A DNA stretch of 31,772 nt, from positions 1 to 31,772 of the IMG/VR virus record IMGVR_UViG_3300019890_000002. One strand, given 5' to 3'. Positions 31,442 to 31,772 of the stretch are shown in pieces. The notes under the pieces were generated by a model. That model had not been told where the DNA came from and ran no database searches. It saw only the letters and a program-made list of their open reading frames with translations. Each line of letters begins with the position of its first letter. Position 1 is the stretch's first letter. The stretch comes from a virus. Both the position numbers and the translations under genes were made by a program.

Positions 31442-31674
31442 GCCCCGGCCTCCTTCGCCAGCCCGACGAGCGCCTCGCTGATCTTCGCCAGCTCGGCCAG
31501 CGAGGCCTTGGCCTTCGTCAGCTCGGCATTGAGCTGGTCCGCCTCCGCCAGCTTGGCGGTTAGCTGGTCTGCATACGAGACCTCCACCACGGAATGGCCC
31601 TTCTGTGTGCGCCGGCCGGTGAACCTGGTCCATGTGTGCCATGTCTTTCTTGTCATGCTCCCACTGTACACCAC
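31438..31674 (-). CDS. Coiled-coil protein (72-78 aa), first gene of the cassette
   Basis: ADQLTAKLAEADQLNAELTKAKASLAELAKISEAL. GTGA overlap with the RHH gene. Start is GTG 31674 or ATG 31656. Confidence 0.55.
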   Translation of the reverse strand: MVYSGSMTRKTWHTWTRFTGRRTQKGHSVVEVSYADQLTAKLAEADQLNAELTKAKASLAELAKISEALVGLAKEAGA

Positions 31675-31772
31675 TGAAGCAGTGCATGATTCACAGTACC
31701 GGGCTACGTCACGCAGCGTGACGGCAAAAGTTGATCATGAAACCCAGGAATTTTCAGGAGGGGGAAATTCAC
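31673..31772. repeat. Terminal direct repeat, right copy
   Basis: Identical to 1-100. Confidence 0.97.

Larger units (their letters stand above)
1..31772. mobile_element. Complete circularly closing temperate siphovirus-type phage genome (unique length 31,672 bp) of a high-GC actinobacterial host
   Basis: Identical 100-bp termini. Full set of terminase, portal, protease, HK97-fold capsid, tail tube, G/GT chaperones and tape measure, plus a serine integrase and replication genes. High GC with GC3-rich codons. Lsr2-type domain and an SLT-bearing tape measure are typical of actinophages. Confidence 0.8.

Overview
This is a high-GC window (about two-thirds G+C by eye, not computed). Its first 100 bp (1-100) are identical to its last 100 bp (31673-31772). 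It therefore reads as a circularly closing 31,672-bp element, not a chromosomal fragment. The gene content is that of a complete temperate siphovirus-type phage of a high-GC Gram-positive (Actinomycetota) host.

Gene layout:
- Early/replication operon on the minus strand (4579 down to 402): 13 tightly overlapping genes, including a RepA/AAA_25-type ATPase with a C-terminal wHTH, an ArdC-N-like protein and two HNH endonucleases.
- Lysogeny/regulation block (4799-7273): a large serine integrase, a small HTH protein, a domain-minimal GntR-type wHTH regulator and a divergent 69-aa gene.
- Terminase genes on the plus strand (about 28642-30460).
- Structural operon on the minus strand (28557 down to 7270), transcribed divergently from the terminase genes: membrane protein, HK97-type portal, ClpP-type protease with a C-terminal extension, HK97-fold major capsid protein, connectors, two paralogous tail-tube-like proteins, G/GT chaperones with a -1 slippery site, a tape measure with an SLT domain, a 1509-aa Dit-like giant tail protein and a 191-aa distal protein.
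- Four-gene minus-strand cassette (31674 down to 30472): coiled-coil protein, RHH regulator, membrane protein and lipoprotein.

Most unusual content:
- A roughly 5-kb accessory island sits between the capsid gene and the head-tail connector genes. It encodes a GT-A glycosyltransferase, a zinc-ribbon/Lsr2-DNA-binding-domain fusion, and an 885-aa Ser/Thr/Ala/Gly-rich protein with about 18 tandem 21-aa repeats. The repeat motif recurs in the giant tail protein.
- An iteron array (TGAGACT at exact 10-bp phasing plus a perfect 20-bp inverted repeat) is embedded in the 3' part of the replication gene.
- A DasR/HutC-type operator-like palindrome (TGGTCTAGACCA) lies inside the late operon of a phage that encodes its own mini-GntR.
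- A dispersed motif, TGACCTGCAG, and two related GATCGTTAGC palindromes occur in the main non-coding regions.
- No recognisable endolysin or holin pair is seen.

All functional calls rest on motif recognition by eye. No searches were run.
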